From assembly GCA_013205605.1 (NCBI GenBank), contig JABMMK010000188.1, positions 1 to 37,302 of the forward strand: a stretch of 37,302 nt of DNA, in the 5' to 3' direction. Made by a program: the position numbers and the translations under genes. This DNA is from Cytophagales bacterium. Lineage in GTDB: Bacteria; Bacteroidota; Bacteroidia; Cytophagales; Spirosomataceae. Under the pieces are notes generated by a model that saw nothing but the letters and a program-made list of their open reading frames with translations, did no database searches and was not told the DNA's origin. Below are positions 8,543 through 16,754 of this stretch, in pieces (the first letter of the stretch is position 1; each line of letters starts with the position of its first letter).

Positions 8543-9919
8543 TTATTTTGCTTTAGCAATATAGGAATAATATATTTTCAACTTAGCTTTCAATGCATTA
8601 AGAGGAATAAATCGTACACTTTCACTCGATATTTTAGCATTTCCTGAAGCATCTGCTGAAATGGCGGGAGTCAATAAAAAACCTAAATTAGCTTTGTTGC
8701 CAGTCAATAATGCTTGCATAATCGTCGTAACATTAAATGAATAGGTATTGGTAAACGAATTATAAGTAGCGGTTTGAACTCCTGAAGCACCTTCAGCCAC
8801 AAAGTATTTAAGCCCGTACGTATTTCTTAGGGGTCTACTAGAACCATCCGACTCGATTAAGGATAATTGGCCTATCGTCTGACTCAAATCTAAATTATCA
8901 GCTCCTTGGAAAACTAATTCAGCCTTATTAACCGCTACGTCATTGTTACCTTTCAATTTAGTCAAATAAGGCAAATCGATTTTAGTCACAATGCCCGTTC
9001 CCGATTGAACGTACGTAGTGTTATTCGTTTTTAGTGAAGATATTTTATCTCCAGATTTAACTAAATTAGCTAATACCCCTACTTTTTTAGACTTAATCTG
9101 GTTGAAACGCGCATTGAACTCAAGCGTGTACGTATTCGATAAACTGAAATAATAGTTTAAAAAATACTTTAAAGTATCACCAGGATTATGCCAATGCAAA
9201 GTCATTTTAGAATAAGCAGGTGAGAAGTTTAATAAAGACGCTTTCTTAGATTCAGCCGTCTGAAAATAAAAACCTTTAAAAAAATCTCTAAATGAAGACC
9301 CTCCTCCAGAAATAGCTTTATCCTTGTACTTCGAAATTAATTCCTTGCCTAAAGCCAATCCCATATGAAATTTCAATGTATCATATTGAACTGAATCACC
9401 ATTAACCGATTTAGCATATAGGGGTTTAGGAGTAAAGGTATGAGTCTTTAACACCTCAGGAAAATAAGCAACAGTAGAATTAGTAAAATAACTTGAACTT
9501 CTACTCAAACTATCCTTCAAACGATAAATCTTTATACTCTGTGGCTGAGTTAAATCACCTTGATAATTAGTATACACCAATGACATTTTCAATGAATCCA
9601 AAATAGAATTCTCTTTGGAATTCAAAGTATCTGCATTAGCTATCTGTGCGAAAACATCAGAGGTCACATAACCCAGTTCAGGATGAAAATAAGAACCCAA
9701 CAATAAGGAATTATTAGCCCCAGTATAAATGGAATCAATCAAAACCGTGGAAGAATTAACGGTTAATGTATCCGTGTAATTTAATCCCACTTCCACACTA
9801 AAAAGGTCAGAACCTATTTCTTTAGGATCATCACAGGAGGACAGGAAAAGGGAAATAATCCCCAACCATTTAAGCGCCGGCCATCTCAATGTAAGCTTTT
9901 TCGAAGAAATCGAGGTCAT
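8543..9919 (-). CDS. DUF4270 family lipoprotein (BamH-like surface lipoprotein)
   Basis: Lipobox LSSC followed by acidic DDPKE. Motifs LLGSYFHPELG, FRDFFKGFYF, VNKAEL, KLKIYY. Lies directly after the glycogen-synthase-like gene, as is typical for the family. Start uncertain: ATG 9919 or TTG 9889; 9991 is unlikely. Confidence 0.75.
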   Translation of the reverse strand: MTSISSKKLTLRWPALKWLGIISLFLSSCDDPKEIGSDLFSVEVGLNYTDTLTVNSSTVLIDSIYTGANNSLLLGSYFHPELGYVTSDVFAQIANADTLNSKENSILDSLKMSLVYTNYQGDLTQPQSIKIYRLKDSLSRSSSYFTNSTVAYFPEVLKTHTFTPKPLYAKSVNGDSVQYDTLKFHMGLALGKELISKYKDKAISGGGSSFRDFFKGFYFQTAESKKASLLNFSPAYSKMTLHWHNPGDTLKYFLNYYFSLSNTYTLEFNARFNQIKSKKVGVLANLVKSGDKISSLKTNNTTYVQSGTGIVTKIDLPYLTKLKGNNDVAVNKAELVFQGADNLDLSQTIGQLSLIESDGSSRPLRNTYGLKYFVAEGASGVQTATYNSFTNTYSFNVTTIMQALLTGNKANLGFLLTPAISADASGNAKISSESVRFIPLNALKAKLKIYYSYIAKAK

Positions 9920-10679
9920 TTTCGGCAATATTTTGGTGGGTTTTTTCTTTATATTCATCAATAATTGATTGAATGCGGGTGTTATCCACATTTTCTAAGG
10001 ATACTACTTTATCGGCAAATTCCGCACCTATTTTGATAAATGCATGATAATCAGAAGTAGCTAAGCTACCCAAATGTGCTTCATCTAAATCTCCAATTTT
10101 AACTTTTTCCAATAAATCGTCATTTGAAAACGTAAAATCAAAGGCAGAATTGTGCGGAGAAAAAATAGTTTTTGAATCTTTATAAATAGGGTGATTTCGG
10201 TAATGTGTTGAAATATACAAGGGCACTAAACTTGACATCCAATCATTGCAATGAATGACATGTGGCGCCCAACCTAATTTAATAACAGTCTCTAAAGCTC
10301 CTTTACAGAAAAATATAGCCCTTTCATGATTGTCAGGATAAAATTCCCCCTCTTTATCATTTAAGATATATTTTCTTTGATAATAATCCTCATTATCAAT
10401 AAAGTAAACTTGCAATTTAGCCGCCGGAATACTGGCCACTTTTATGGTTAAGGGTTTCTCCTCATCTCCCATCGGAATCGTAATTCCTGAGAGTCGAACT
10501 ACCTCATGTAATCGATTTTTGCGTTCGTTAATAGAACCAAATCTTGGAACTAAAATTCTGATCTCCATTCCTCTCTCCTGCATGGCAGCAGGAAGATTGC
10601 GAACAAAATTGGCAATTTGTGATGTGTTTAGAAAGGGATCAACCTCGCTCGAAACGTAAAGAATACGTAATTTGGCCAT
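9870..10679 (-). CDS. Glycogen/starch synthase N-terminal (GT5 catalytic-domain-only) protein
   Basis: LRILYVSSEVDPF, EIRILVPRFG and WAPHVIHCNDW match the GlgA N-terminal lobe. Only 269 aa, with no C-terminal lobe. Confidence 0.88.
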   Translation of the reverse strand: MAKLRILYVSSEVDPFLNTSQIANFVRNLPAAMQERGMEIRILVPRFGSINERKNRLHEVVRLSGITIPMGDEEKPLTIKVASIPAAKLQVYFIDNEDYYQRKYILNDKEGEFYPDNHERAIFFCKGALETVIKLGWAPHVIHCNDWMSSLVPLYISTHYRNHPIYKDSKTIFSPHNSAFDFTFSNDDLLEKVKIGDLDEAHLGSLATSDYHAFIKIGAEFADKVVSLENVDNTRIQSIIDEYKEKTHQNIAENDLDFFEKAYIEMAGA

Positions 10680-10722
10680 TCTAAAATTATTTATGGGGAA
10701 AAATTATCCCAAAAAAACAATG

Positions 10723-10730
10723 CAAAAGTA
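10723..10730 (-). promoter_or_regulatory. -7 promoter element (TACTTTTG) for the GT5-like/DUF4270/amidohydrolase operon
   Basis: Exact TAnnTTTG match 43 nt upstream of the start. Confidence 0.55.
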
Positions 10731-10812
10731 CAAAAAATTTATCGCATTTCCACACCATTATTAGACTAAAGGTCTTTATTTTGCTAATTGATTTATTATC
10801 TAACCCAATTTC

Positions 10813-11811
10813 ATGCTAAAATCGATCATAAAGTATCTTTTCTCTACTGCATTAGCCTTAGGCTTGTTGTATTGGGCATTCTCGTCAAGCAACATACAGT
10901 GGCAAGATATATTTGATACGTTTGCGGAGGCCAACTACCAATGGATTCTGCTCTCCGTCCTCATTTCCATTTTCTCTCATATTTTACGTGCATGGCGTTG
11001 GGAAGCTTTGCTCGGCGCAATGAATTTTTACCCCGGTACACTAAGAACCTTTTCAGCGGTCATGATTGGCTACTTTGCCAATTTTATCGTTCCAAGAATG
11101 GGCGAGGTTTCCAGGTGTGGGTCGCTTACCAAAACCGCTAGCATTCCATTCACCCAATCATTTGGGACAGTCATCACGGAAAGGATTATCGACTTACTCG
11201 GTTTACTCTTTATTGTTTTCATCGCCTTTTTTATTGCCTGGGAACCGATGCAACAATATTTATTCCCAAATGCAAGCATGCCGTCAACTTATTTGATCGT
11301 GTCAACTGCCTTGATTTTGAGTACCTTAATAGCTTTGTTACTATTTTTTAAAAATAAAATAGGCCTTCTTTGGGAATCCTTTACGTCAAATAATAAATTG
11401 GGTAAAATTTTAGCAGGCTGGGTCGTCGGTATTTTAAGCATCAAAGATGTCAAAAACCCTCAAAAATTTATTTTTTTCTCTATCCTAATTTGGGTATGCT
11501 ATTACCTTAACGCCTATGTACTATTGTTAGCCTTCCCCGTAAGTCAATCCCTCAGCCTTTCAGCCGGATTAATGGTTTTAGTCATGGGGACATTTGGCAT
11601 GGCGACTCCTACACAAGGAGGAATTGGCGCCTACCATAAATTGGTTTCTGCCACATTGGTCTTTTATTTAATACCGATCAAAGACGCAACTGTATTAGCG
11701 ACCTTTTTTCATGGAACCCAAATGGTTACCATTTTGTTATTGGGTGGATTAAGTTTTATATTAACTTTATTTTTAACACAAATCGATGCAAAACCCATTG
11801 AGTCAAAGTAA
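10813..11811 (+). CDS. Lysylphosphatidylglycerol synthase TM-domain / flippase-like membrane protein (YbhN/UPF0104)
   Basis: Polytopic protein with motifs LRAWRW, GYFANFIVPRMGEVSR, GTVITERIIDL, PTQGGIGAYH. Confidence 0.88.
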   Translation: MLKSIIKYLFSTALALGLLYWAFSSSNIQWQDIFDTFAEANYQWILLSVLISIFSHILRAWRWEALLGAMNFYPGTLRTFSAVMIGYFANFIVPRMGEVSRCGSLTKTASIPFTQSFGTVITERIIDLLGLLFIVFIAFFIAWEPMQQYLFPNASMPSTYLIVSTALILSTLIALLLFFKNKIGLLWESFTSNNKLGKILAGWVVGILSIKDVKNPQKFIFFSILIWVCYYLNAYVLLLAFPVSQSLSLSAGLMVLVMGTFGMATPTQGGIGAYHKLVSATLVFYLIPIKDATVLATFFHGTQMVTILLLGGLSFILTLFLTQIDAKPIESK

Positions 11812-12274
11812 AATCTTAGATCTTATTTCGGCCATTGACCAAAGAAATAAGTGGAAATCTGATGAAAACGAACGCGTTGTTTTCACAAATGGATGCTTTG
11901 ATATTTTGCATTTAGGCCATGTCGATTACCTTGAAAAGTCGAGTATGAGCGGCACAAAACTCATTGTAGGCGTAAACTCAGACCGTTCTGTCAAAGAATT
12001 AAAAGGACCTGAAAGACCTGTCAATTCCGAATATGCTCGAGCAAGATTAATTGCAGCTTTGGGTTTTGTTTCTTTGGTCATTATCTTTGATGAAGATACG
12101 CCTTTGGATCTCATAAAAACCTTAAAACCGGATGTATTAATGAAGGGAAACGACTATACTTTAGAAACCATCGTGGGAGCCAAAGAAGTCCTGGAATATG
12201 GTGGCGAAGTACTAACCATACCACTGGTTCCCGATTATTCAACTACTGGAATTATTCAAAAACTAAAAAAATAA
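11786..12274 (+). CDS. rfaE2: D-glycero-beta-D-manno-heptose 1-phosphate adenylyltransferase (RfaE domain II)
   Basis: Motifs VFTNGCFDILHLGH, GVNSDRSVKELKGPERP, FDEDTP, KGNDY, YSTT. Confidence 0.9.
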   Translation: MQNPLSQSKILDLISAIDQRNKWKSDENERVVFTNGCFDILHLGHVDYLEKSSMSGTKLIVGVNSDRSVKELKGPERPVNSEYARARLIAALGFVSLVIIFDEDTPLDLIKTLKPDVLMKGNDYTLETIVGAKEVLEYGGEVLTIPLVPDYSTTGIIQKLKK

Positions 12275-12278
12275 TATT

Positions 12279-12959
12279 ATGTATTTTATCGCTATTTTAT
12301 TTGGAGTGGCCGGAATGTTAATTTCCTGGAGATTGAAATCAAAATTTCAAAAATATGCCCAAGAGCCTTTGCAAAGTAATTTTTCTGGCCAAGAAATTGC
12401 CGAGAAAATGCTCGCAGATCATGGAATTACGGATGTTCGTGTCATATCGGTTGACGGCCAATTAACAGACCATTACAATCCTGCTGACAAAACAGTGAAT
12501 CTATCTAACGATGTGTTTCACGGTCGCAATGCCGCTGCCGCCGCAGTTTCTGCGCACGAATGTGGTCACGCAGTCCAACATGCCCGAGCTTATGCTTTTT
12601 TAGAATTCAGAAGTGCCATGGTTCCCATGTTAAATGTGGCGAATGGATTTATGCCTATCCTATTGATGATCGGTATGTTTGTACTTTATTCCACGGGAAG
12701 TGTGCTTCTATTGACCATTGGCGTTGCGCTTTTTGCCCTTGCCACTCTCTTTAGCTTTGTTACTTTACCTGTGGAATTTGACGCTTCAAATCGCGCTTTA
12801 GCTTGGATAAAAGAAAAAGGAATTGTCACACCGACTGAATATGAAATGTCAAAAGATGCACTTTGGTGGGCAGCTATGACGTATGTGGTCGCCGCATTAG
12901 GCATGTTAGCCCAATTGCTTTACTACTTAAACTTATTAGGTGGTCGTAGAAATAATTAA
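12279..12959 (+). CDS. Membrane neutral zinc metallopeptidase (YugP/Zn_peptidase_2 family)
   Basis: Motifs LTDHYNP, AHECGHAVQH (HExxH), TLPVEFDASNRA, AAMTYV. Confidence 0.92.
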   Translation: MYFIAILFGVAGMLISWRLKSKFQKYAQEPLQSNFSGQEIAEKMLADHGITDVRVISVDGQLTDHYNPADKTVNLSNDVFHGRNAAAAAVSAHECGHAVQHARAYAFLEFRSAMVPMLNVANGFMPILLMIGMFVLYSTGSVLLLTIGVALFALATLFSFVTLPVEFDASNRALAWIKEKGIVTPTEYEMSKDALWWAAMTYVVAALGMLAQLLYYLNLLGGRRNN

Positions 12960-12979
12960 TGTCAATGATTATAAAAATA

Positions 12980-13012
12980 AAAAAATGCCTCAAGATCCTT
13001 GAGGCATTTTTT
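12980..13012. terminator. Bidirectional intrinsic terminator
   Basis: AAAAAATGCCTCAAG-ATC-CTTGAGGCATTTTTT perfect inverted repeat between convergent genes. Confidence 0.88.
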
Positions 13013-14723
13013 ATACATTCAATTTACTTTTCCGATAACTATATCCAAAGTAAATCAATAATCCGGCCAAGCACCAATACAAAAAGCGCTCCCAATTCAT
13101 TGCTCCCATTTGAGTCATTAAATACATATTGACCAAAAGTCCCAATACAGGTATTAATGAAAGATTATGAGTCACACTGAAAAATGCTATAAGGACCCAA
13201 ATCAAGAAAAAACAAGTCATAATCACATGATCTGCCTTTTCCGCCCCAGTCCAAATCCCCGTAAACCATTGTTGCCACGCACTTAAATTCGGCAAAGAAA
13301 GATATAAAGCAAGCACTAAGGACAGACCTACATAATATTTAGCATTGATATACGGAATTTTAAACTTCGATTTTTTCTGATTTTCAGGATCTAAATCTAA
13401 AATTAACACGCCCCCACAAACCAGCACAAAAGCGAATAAGGTTCCTATACTGCTCAAATTTATCACTTCTTCTAAATTGGCAAATAAGGCAGGAATTCCT
13501 ACCAAAACACCCGTCATGATGGTTGAAAATGATGGAGTCCTATACTTGGGATGAATGCGAGAAAATGCCTTGGGCAACAAACCATCGCGAGACATCGTCA
13601 TCCAAATACGGGGTTGGCCCATTTGATAAACCAAAAGCGCACTCGTCAAAGCAATCACAGCACTCGCTGCCACCACTCCAGCCACGCCGGGTAAATTAAC
13701 CTTCATAAACATAAAAGCTAATGGATCCTCTATTCCAGCTAATTCTCCTGAAGGAACAATGCCAGTCAGTACCAGCGTAACCATCACATATAAAACAGTG
13801 CAAATGATTAAGGCCCACATCATTGCTTTGGGAATGTCTCTTTGGGGATTTTTACATTCCTCCGCGGTCGTTGATATAGAATCAAAGCCAATATAAGCAA
13901 AGCAAACAGCTGCCACACTTTTTAATACTCCACTAACACCATTGGGTGCAAATGGAGTCCAATTTTCCACTTGGACATAAAATGCCCCCACGCCAACCAC
14001 GATAGCAATGACAGCTAATTTCAGAATCACCAAAATATTATTCATGTTTTTAGTTTCTTTGATGCCAATGTATACTAAATAGGTAACCGCCGCCGTGATG
14101 AGCAAAGCGGGAATATTGGCGACAAAATGCCAACCGAAAAAAACGGGGGCTGAATTAAACGCGACAAATCCTTCGCGTACATTGACAGACATTTGTTCTA
14201 ATTTCTGACCGCCTTCTATAGCTTGCAGGGCTGCCGTATGGGCTCGTTGGGCCGATAAATAATCCATGGTTAAAAATTCAGGCACATGAAATCCTAAACC
14301 CTCCAATAAATCCACAAAATATTTAGACCAGGAAATAGCCACAGCCACATTGGATATCGCATATTCAAGCAATAAATTCCAGCCCAAAATCCAGGCCATC
14401 ATTTCTCCTAAGCTCGTATATGCATAGGTGTAGGCGCTTCCAGAAATAGGAACGGTCGCCGCAAACCGAGCATAACAAAATGCGGTAAACATGCAGGCCA
14501 AAGCTGTAAAAACAAACAATAATGAAACGGCTGGACCTCCATTCGCCGATGCCTGACCAATGGCAGAAAATATACTTGCTCCTATGATGGCCGCAACACC
14601 CATAAACGTCAAATCTCGAACACCCAAATTACGAATCATGGAATGACCCGCTAATTTTTCCATTTCTACCTGATCTGAGATGATTTTATCAATGGTTTTT
14701 TTTCGAAAAAGGGATGCCCACAT
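13011..14723 (-). CDS. APC-family amino acid permease (cationic amino acid transporter-like)
   Basis: Motifs GVAAIIGASIF, GSAYTYAY, FAYIGFDSISTTAEECKNPQRD, SRDGLLP; many TM helices. Confidence 0.93.
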   Translation of the reverse strand: MWASLFRKKTIDKIISDQVEMEKLAGHSMIRNLGVRDLTFMGVAAIIGASIFSAIGQASANGGPAVSLLFVFTALACMFTAFCYARFAATVPISGSAYTYAYTSLGEMMAWILGWNLLLEYAISNVAVAISWSKYFVDLLEGLGFHVPEFLTMDYLSAQRAHTAALQAIEGGQKLEQMSVNVREGFVAFNSAPVFFGWHFVANIPALLITAAVTYLVYIGIKETKNMNNILVILKLAVIAIVVGVGAFYVQVENWTPFAPNGVSGVLKSVAAVCFAYIGFDSISTTAEECKNPQRDIPKAMMWALIICTVLYVMVTLVLTGIVPSGELAGIEDPLAFMFMKVNLPGVAGVVAASAVIALTSALLVYQMGQPRIWMTMSRDGLLPKAFSRIHPKYRTPSFSTIMTGVLVGIPALFANLEEVINLSSIGTLFAFVLVCGGVLILDLDPENQKKSKFKIPYINAKYYVGLSLVLALYLSLPNLSAWQQWFTGIWTGAEKADHVIMTCFFLIWVLIAFFSVTHNLSLIPVLGLLVNMYLMTQMGAMNWERFLYWCLAGLLIYFGYSYRKSKLNV

Positions 14724-14752
14724 AATTGGATTGTTGGATGAATTTACGCCAA

Positions 14753-14760
14753 CAAAAATA
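14753..14760 (-). promoter_or_regulatory. -7 promoter element (TATTTTTG) for the amino acid permease
   Basis: Exact TAnnTTTG match 29 nt upstream of the start. Confidence 0.55.
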
Positions 14761-14799
14761 CATCTTTCTTCAAGAAATTCTAATTATGTCGATTTGTCT

Positions 14800-14807
14800 T
14801 ACCTTTG
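14800..14807 (+). promoter_or_regulatory. -7 promoter element (TACCTTTG) for the GT2 gene
   Basis: Exact TAnnTTTG match ending 4 nt before the ATG at 14812. Confidence 0.6.
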
Positions 14808-14811
14808 TATT

Positions 14812-15816
14812 ATGTCAGTCGCAATTGTCATCTTAAATTTTAATGGCCGAGGTTTTCTAGAAAAATTCCTTCCTGATGTTATTTTAAATACACCAGAAGG
14901 AAAGATTTATGTGGCCGATAATGGATCCACTGACGATTCTGTTAAACTGGTTGAGGAAAAATTTCCAGCAGTTACAATCATCCAATGGGCCAATAACCTA
15001 GGTTATGCGGGTGGATATAATTTTGCCCTCAAACAAATTGAGGCGGAGTATTTTGTACTTATGAATTCAGATATTAAACCGCAAAAAGATTGGCTAAAGC
15101 CTCTTTTGAGCTTCTTCGAACTGTATCCTACTTGCGCTGCGGTACAACCCTATATATTGGATTTCAAACAACCCGAATATTTTGAATACGCAGGTGCCGC
15201 TGGGGGATACTGGGACCAATTAGGTTATCCATTTAGTCGAGGTAGAATCTTTGATCAATTGGAAAAAAATGAGAATCAATATCCCACCTCATTTGTCCAT
15301 TGGGCTTCGGGGGCATGCCTAATGGTCAAATCAGAGCTTTTTTGGAAAGTCGGCGGTTTAGATGATTACTTTTTTGCTCACATGGAAGAAATTGATCTTT
15401 GTTGGCGTCTCCAAAGAGCCGGATACCAAATAGCAGCTGTCGCAGAAAGTCAAGTCTTGCATGTCGGAGGCGGGACATTGGCACAAGGAACCCCCTTTAA
15501 AACCTATTTGAATTTCCGAAACAACTTGATTTTACTATACAAAAACGTAGACCCTGCACATAAATTTACTACAATTTTTAAACGGATGCTTTTAGACGGA
15601 ATCGCTGGATTACGTTTTTTAACGAATCGACAATGGATGCAATTCTTAGCTGTGGTACATGCACATTTCCACTTCTATAAGTATCTGATTTTTCACAAAA
15701 ACAAACAAAATTTGCCGGAAAGTCTACAAAAAAACTACATTGAAAGCTACCCAGGAAATATTGTGGTAGATTACTTCTTCAGAAAAATTAAGAAATTCTC
15801 AGATTTAAAATTTTAA
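14812..15816 (+). CDS. Glycosyltransferase family 2 protein
   Basis: Motifs VAIVILNFNG, VADNGSTD, NLGYAGGYN, LMNSD, WASGAC, HMEEIDLCWR. Start moved to 14812 because the longer ORF overlaps the divergent permease gene. Confidence 0.92.
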   Translation: MSVAIVILNFNGRGFLEKFLPDVILNTPEGKIYVADNGSTDDSVKLVEEKFPAVTIIQWANNLGYAGGYNFALKQIEAEYFVLMNSDIKPQKDWLKPLLSFFELYPTCAAVQPYILDFKQPEYFEYAGAAGGYWDQLGYPFSRGRIFDQLEKNENQYPTSFVHWASGACLMVKSELFWKVGGLDDYFFAHMEEIDLCWRLQRAGYQIAAVAESQVLHVGGGTLAQGTPFKTYLNFRNNLILLYKNVDPAHKFTTIFKRMLLDGIAGLRFLTNRQWMQFLAVVHAHFHFYKYLIFHKNKQNLPESLQKNYIESYPGNIVVDYFFRKIKKFSDLKF

Positions 15817-16034
15817 ATATCCCAAACAGAGGGATTGTTTCTCTGGCGAAGATATCGACTAATGTTCATCCAAAAAGCAAGAATTAAATAAATAATGATG
15901 GGGGAACCCATCGTCAAAAAAGAAGTGTAGATAAAATACAATCGAATGCTACTGCTAGAAATCTTGAATTTTTCCCCTAATCGAGTACAAACTCCAAACG
16001 CCTGATTTTCAACGAAATATTTAATTTTATACAT
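15813..16034 (-). CDS. PspC domain-containing small membrane protein
   Basis: FGVCTRLGEKF...IRLYFIY...IYLILAFWM pattern. TAATTTTG element at 16053-16060. Confidence 0.85.
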   Translation of the reverse strand: MYKIKYFVENQAFGVCTRLGEKFKISSSSIRLYFIYTSFLTMGSPIIIYLILAFWMNISRYLRQRNNPSVWDI

Positions 16035-16173
16035 ATCGAGTAAATTATATCACAAAATTAGGAATAAGATCCCAAAATAACATCGTCCAAAATACATAAA
16101 ACTATTTAATTATATAAATTATTCAAATATTTATATTTATTTTAAAATAAATGTAAAAATATTTTCTTTTTTC

Positions 16174-16203
16174 TTGCATACAATATAATTATTTATACTT
16201 TTG
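16174..16203 (+). promoter_or_regulatory. Primary-sigma promoter of the cold-shock gene (-33 TTG, 19-nt spacer, -7 TACTTTTG)
   Basis: TTG at 16174-16176 and TACTTTTG at 16196-16203 with canonical spacing. Confidence 0.7.
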
Positions 16204-16348
16204 AGCACTTAAAAGATTTAACATATTCTTAATTTCGACTTTCTCATCTAGTTTCTCCTCTGATTTTCCAGGTTATTGATTCTAATAAAGTTTGTCGGAG
16301 TAAAGGTTTTTATCTCTCGAGGGTATTAATATTTTTAACATTTTTTTT

Positions 16349-16543
16349 ATGCAAACTGGTAAAGTAAAATTTTTCAACGAGACGAAAGGTTTCGGATTCA
16401 TCGTTGATGATCAAACAGGTGAAGACATTTTCGTACACGTAACTGGTCTTACAGGCGTTACTATCCGCGAAAATGATTCAGTATCTTATGAAGTTACTGA
16501 TGGAAAGCGTGGCGCAAACGCTATCAACGTAAAGAAAATCTAA
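16349..16543 (+). CDS. Cold-shock protein (CspA family)
   Basis: GKVKFFNETKGFGFI (RNP1) and DIFVH (RNP2); 64 aa. Confidence 0.97.
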   Translation: MQTGKVKFFNETKGFGFIVDDQTGEDIFVHVTGLTGVTIRENDSVSYEVTDGKRGANAINVKKI

Positions 16544-16640
16544 TTTTCTTACGTTTTTTTTGATTAGAGCAAATCAGGATTAAACAATATATATAGGATT
16601 ACCTATTTAAGATTGCAAAATTGATCTCTAGTTGAAGAGA

Positions 16641-16672
16641 AAAAAAAGCCCTCAGAAATGAAGGCTTTTTTT
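16641..16672. terminator. Bidirectional intrinsic terminator between the csp gene and lysS
   Basis: AAAAAAAGCC-C-TCA-GAAA-TGA-A-GGCTTTTTTT. Confidence 0.8.
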
Positions 16673-16754
16673 ATTTTACATGGTTCAACTTAAAAACTGA
16701 ATACTATTTTTCTTCAGTTCAGTAGCCCAGAGTTAAACTTAAGTCTGACGCAAT

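Noticed and set aside
9920-9991. Extended N-terminus of the DUF4270 ORF
   Set aside because: It would put the lipobox more than 50 residues from the start and lengthen the overlap to 122 nt. Later starts give a normal signal peptide.
14680-14811. Extended N-terminus of the GT2 ORF
   Set aside because: Overlaps the divergent permease start and both promoter elements. The GT2 fold begins at MSVAIVILN.
16695-16747. Small inverted repeats (AACTGAA/TTCAGTT; CAGAGTTAA/TTAAGTCTG) after the lysS stop as a dif or att site
   Set aside because: No match to the dif consensus and no recombinase or mobile element nearby.
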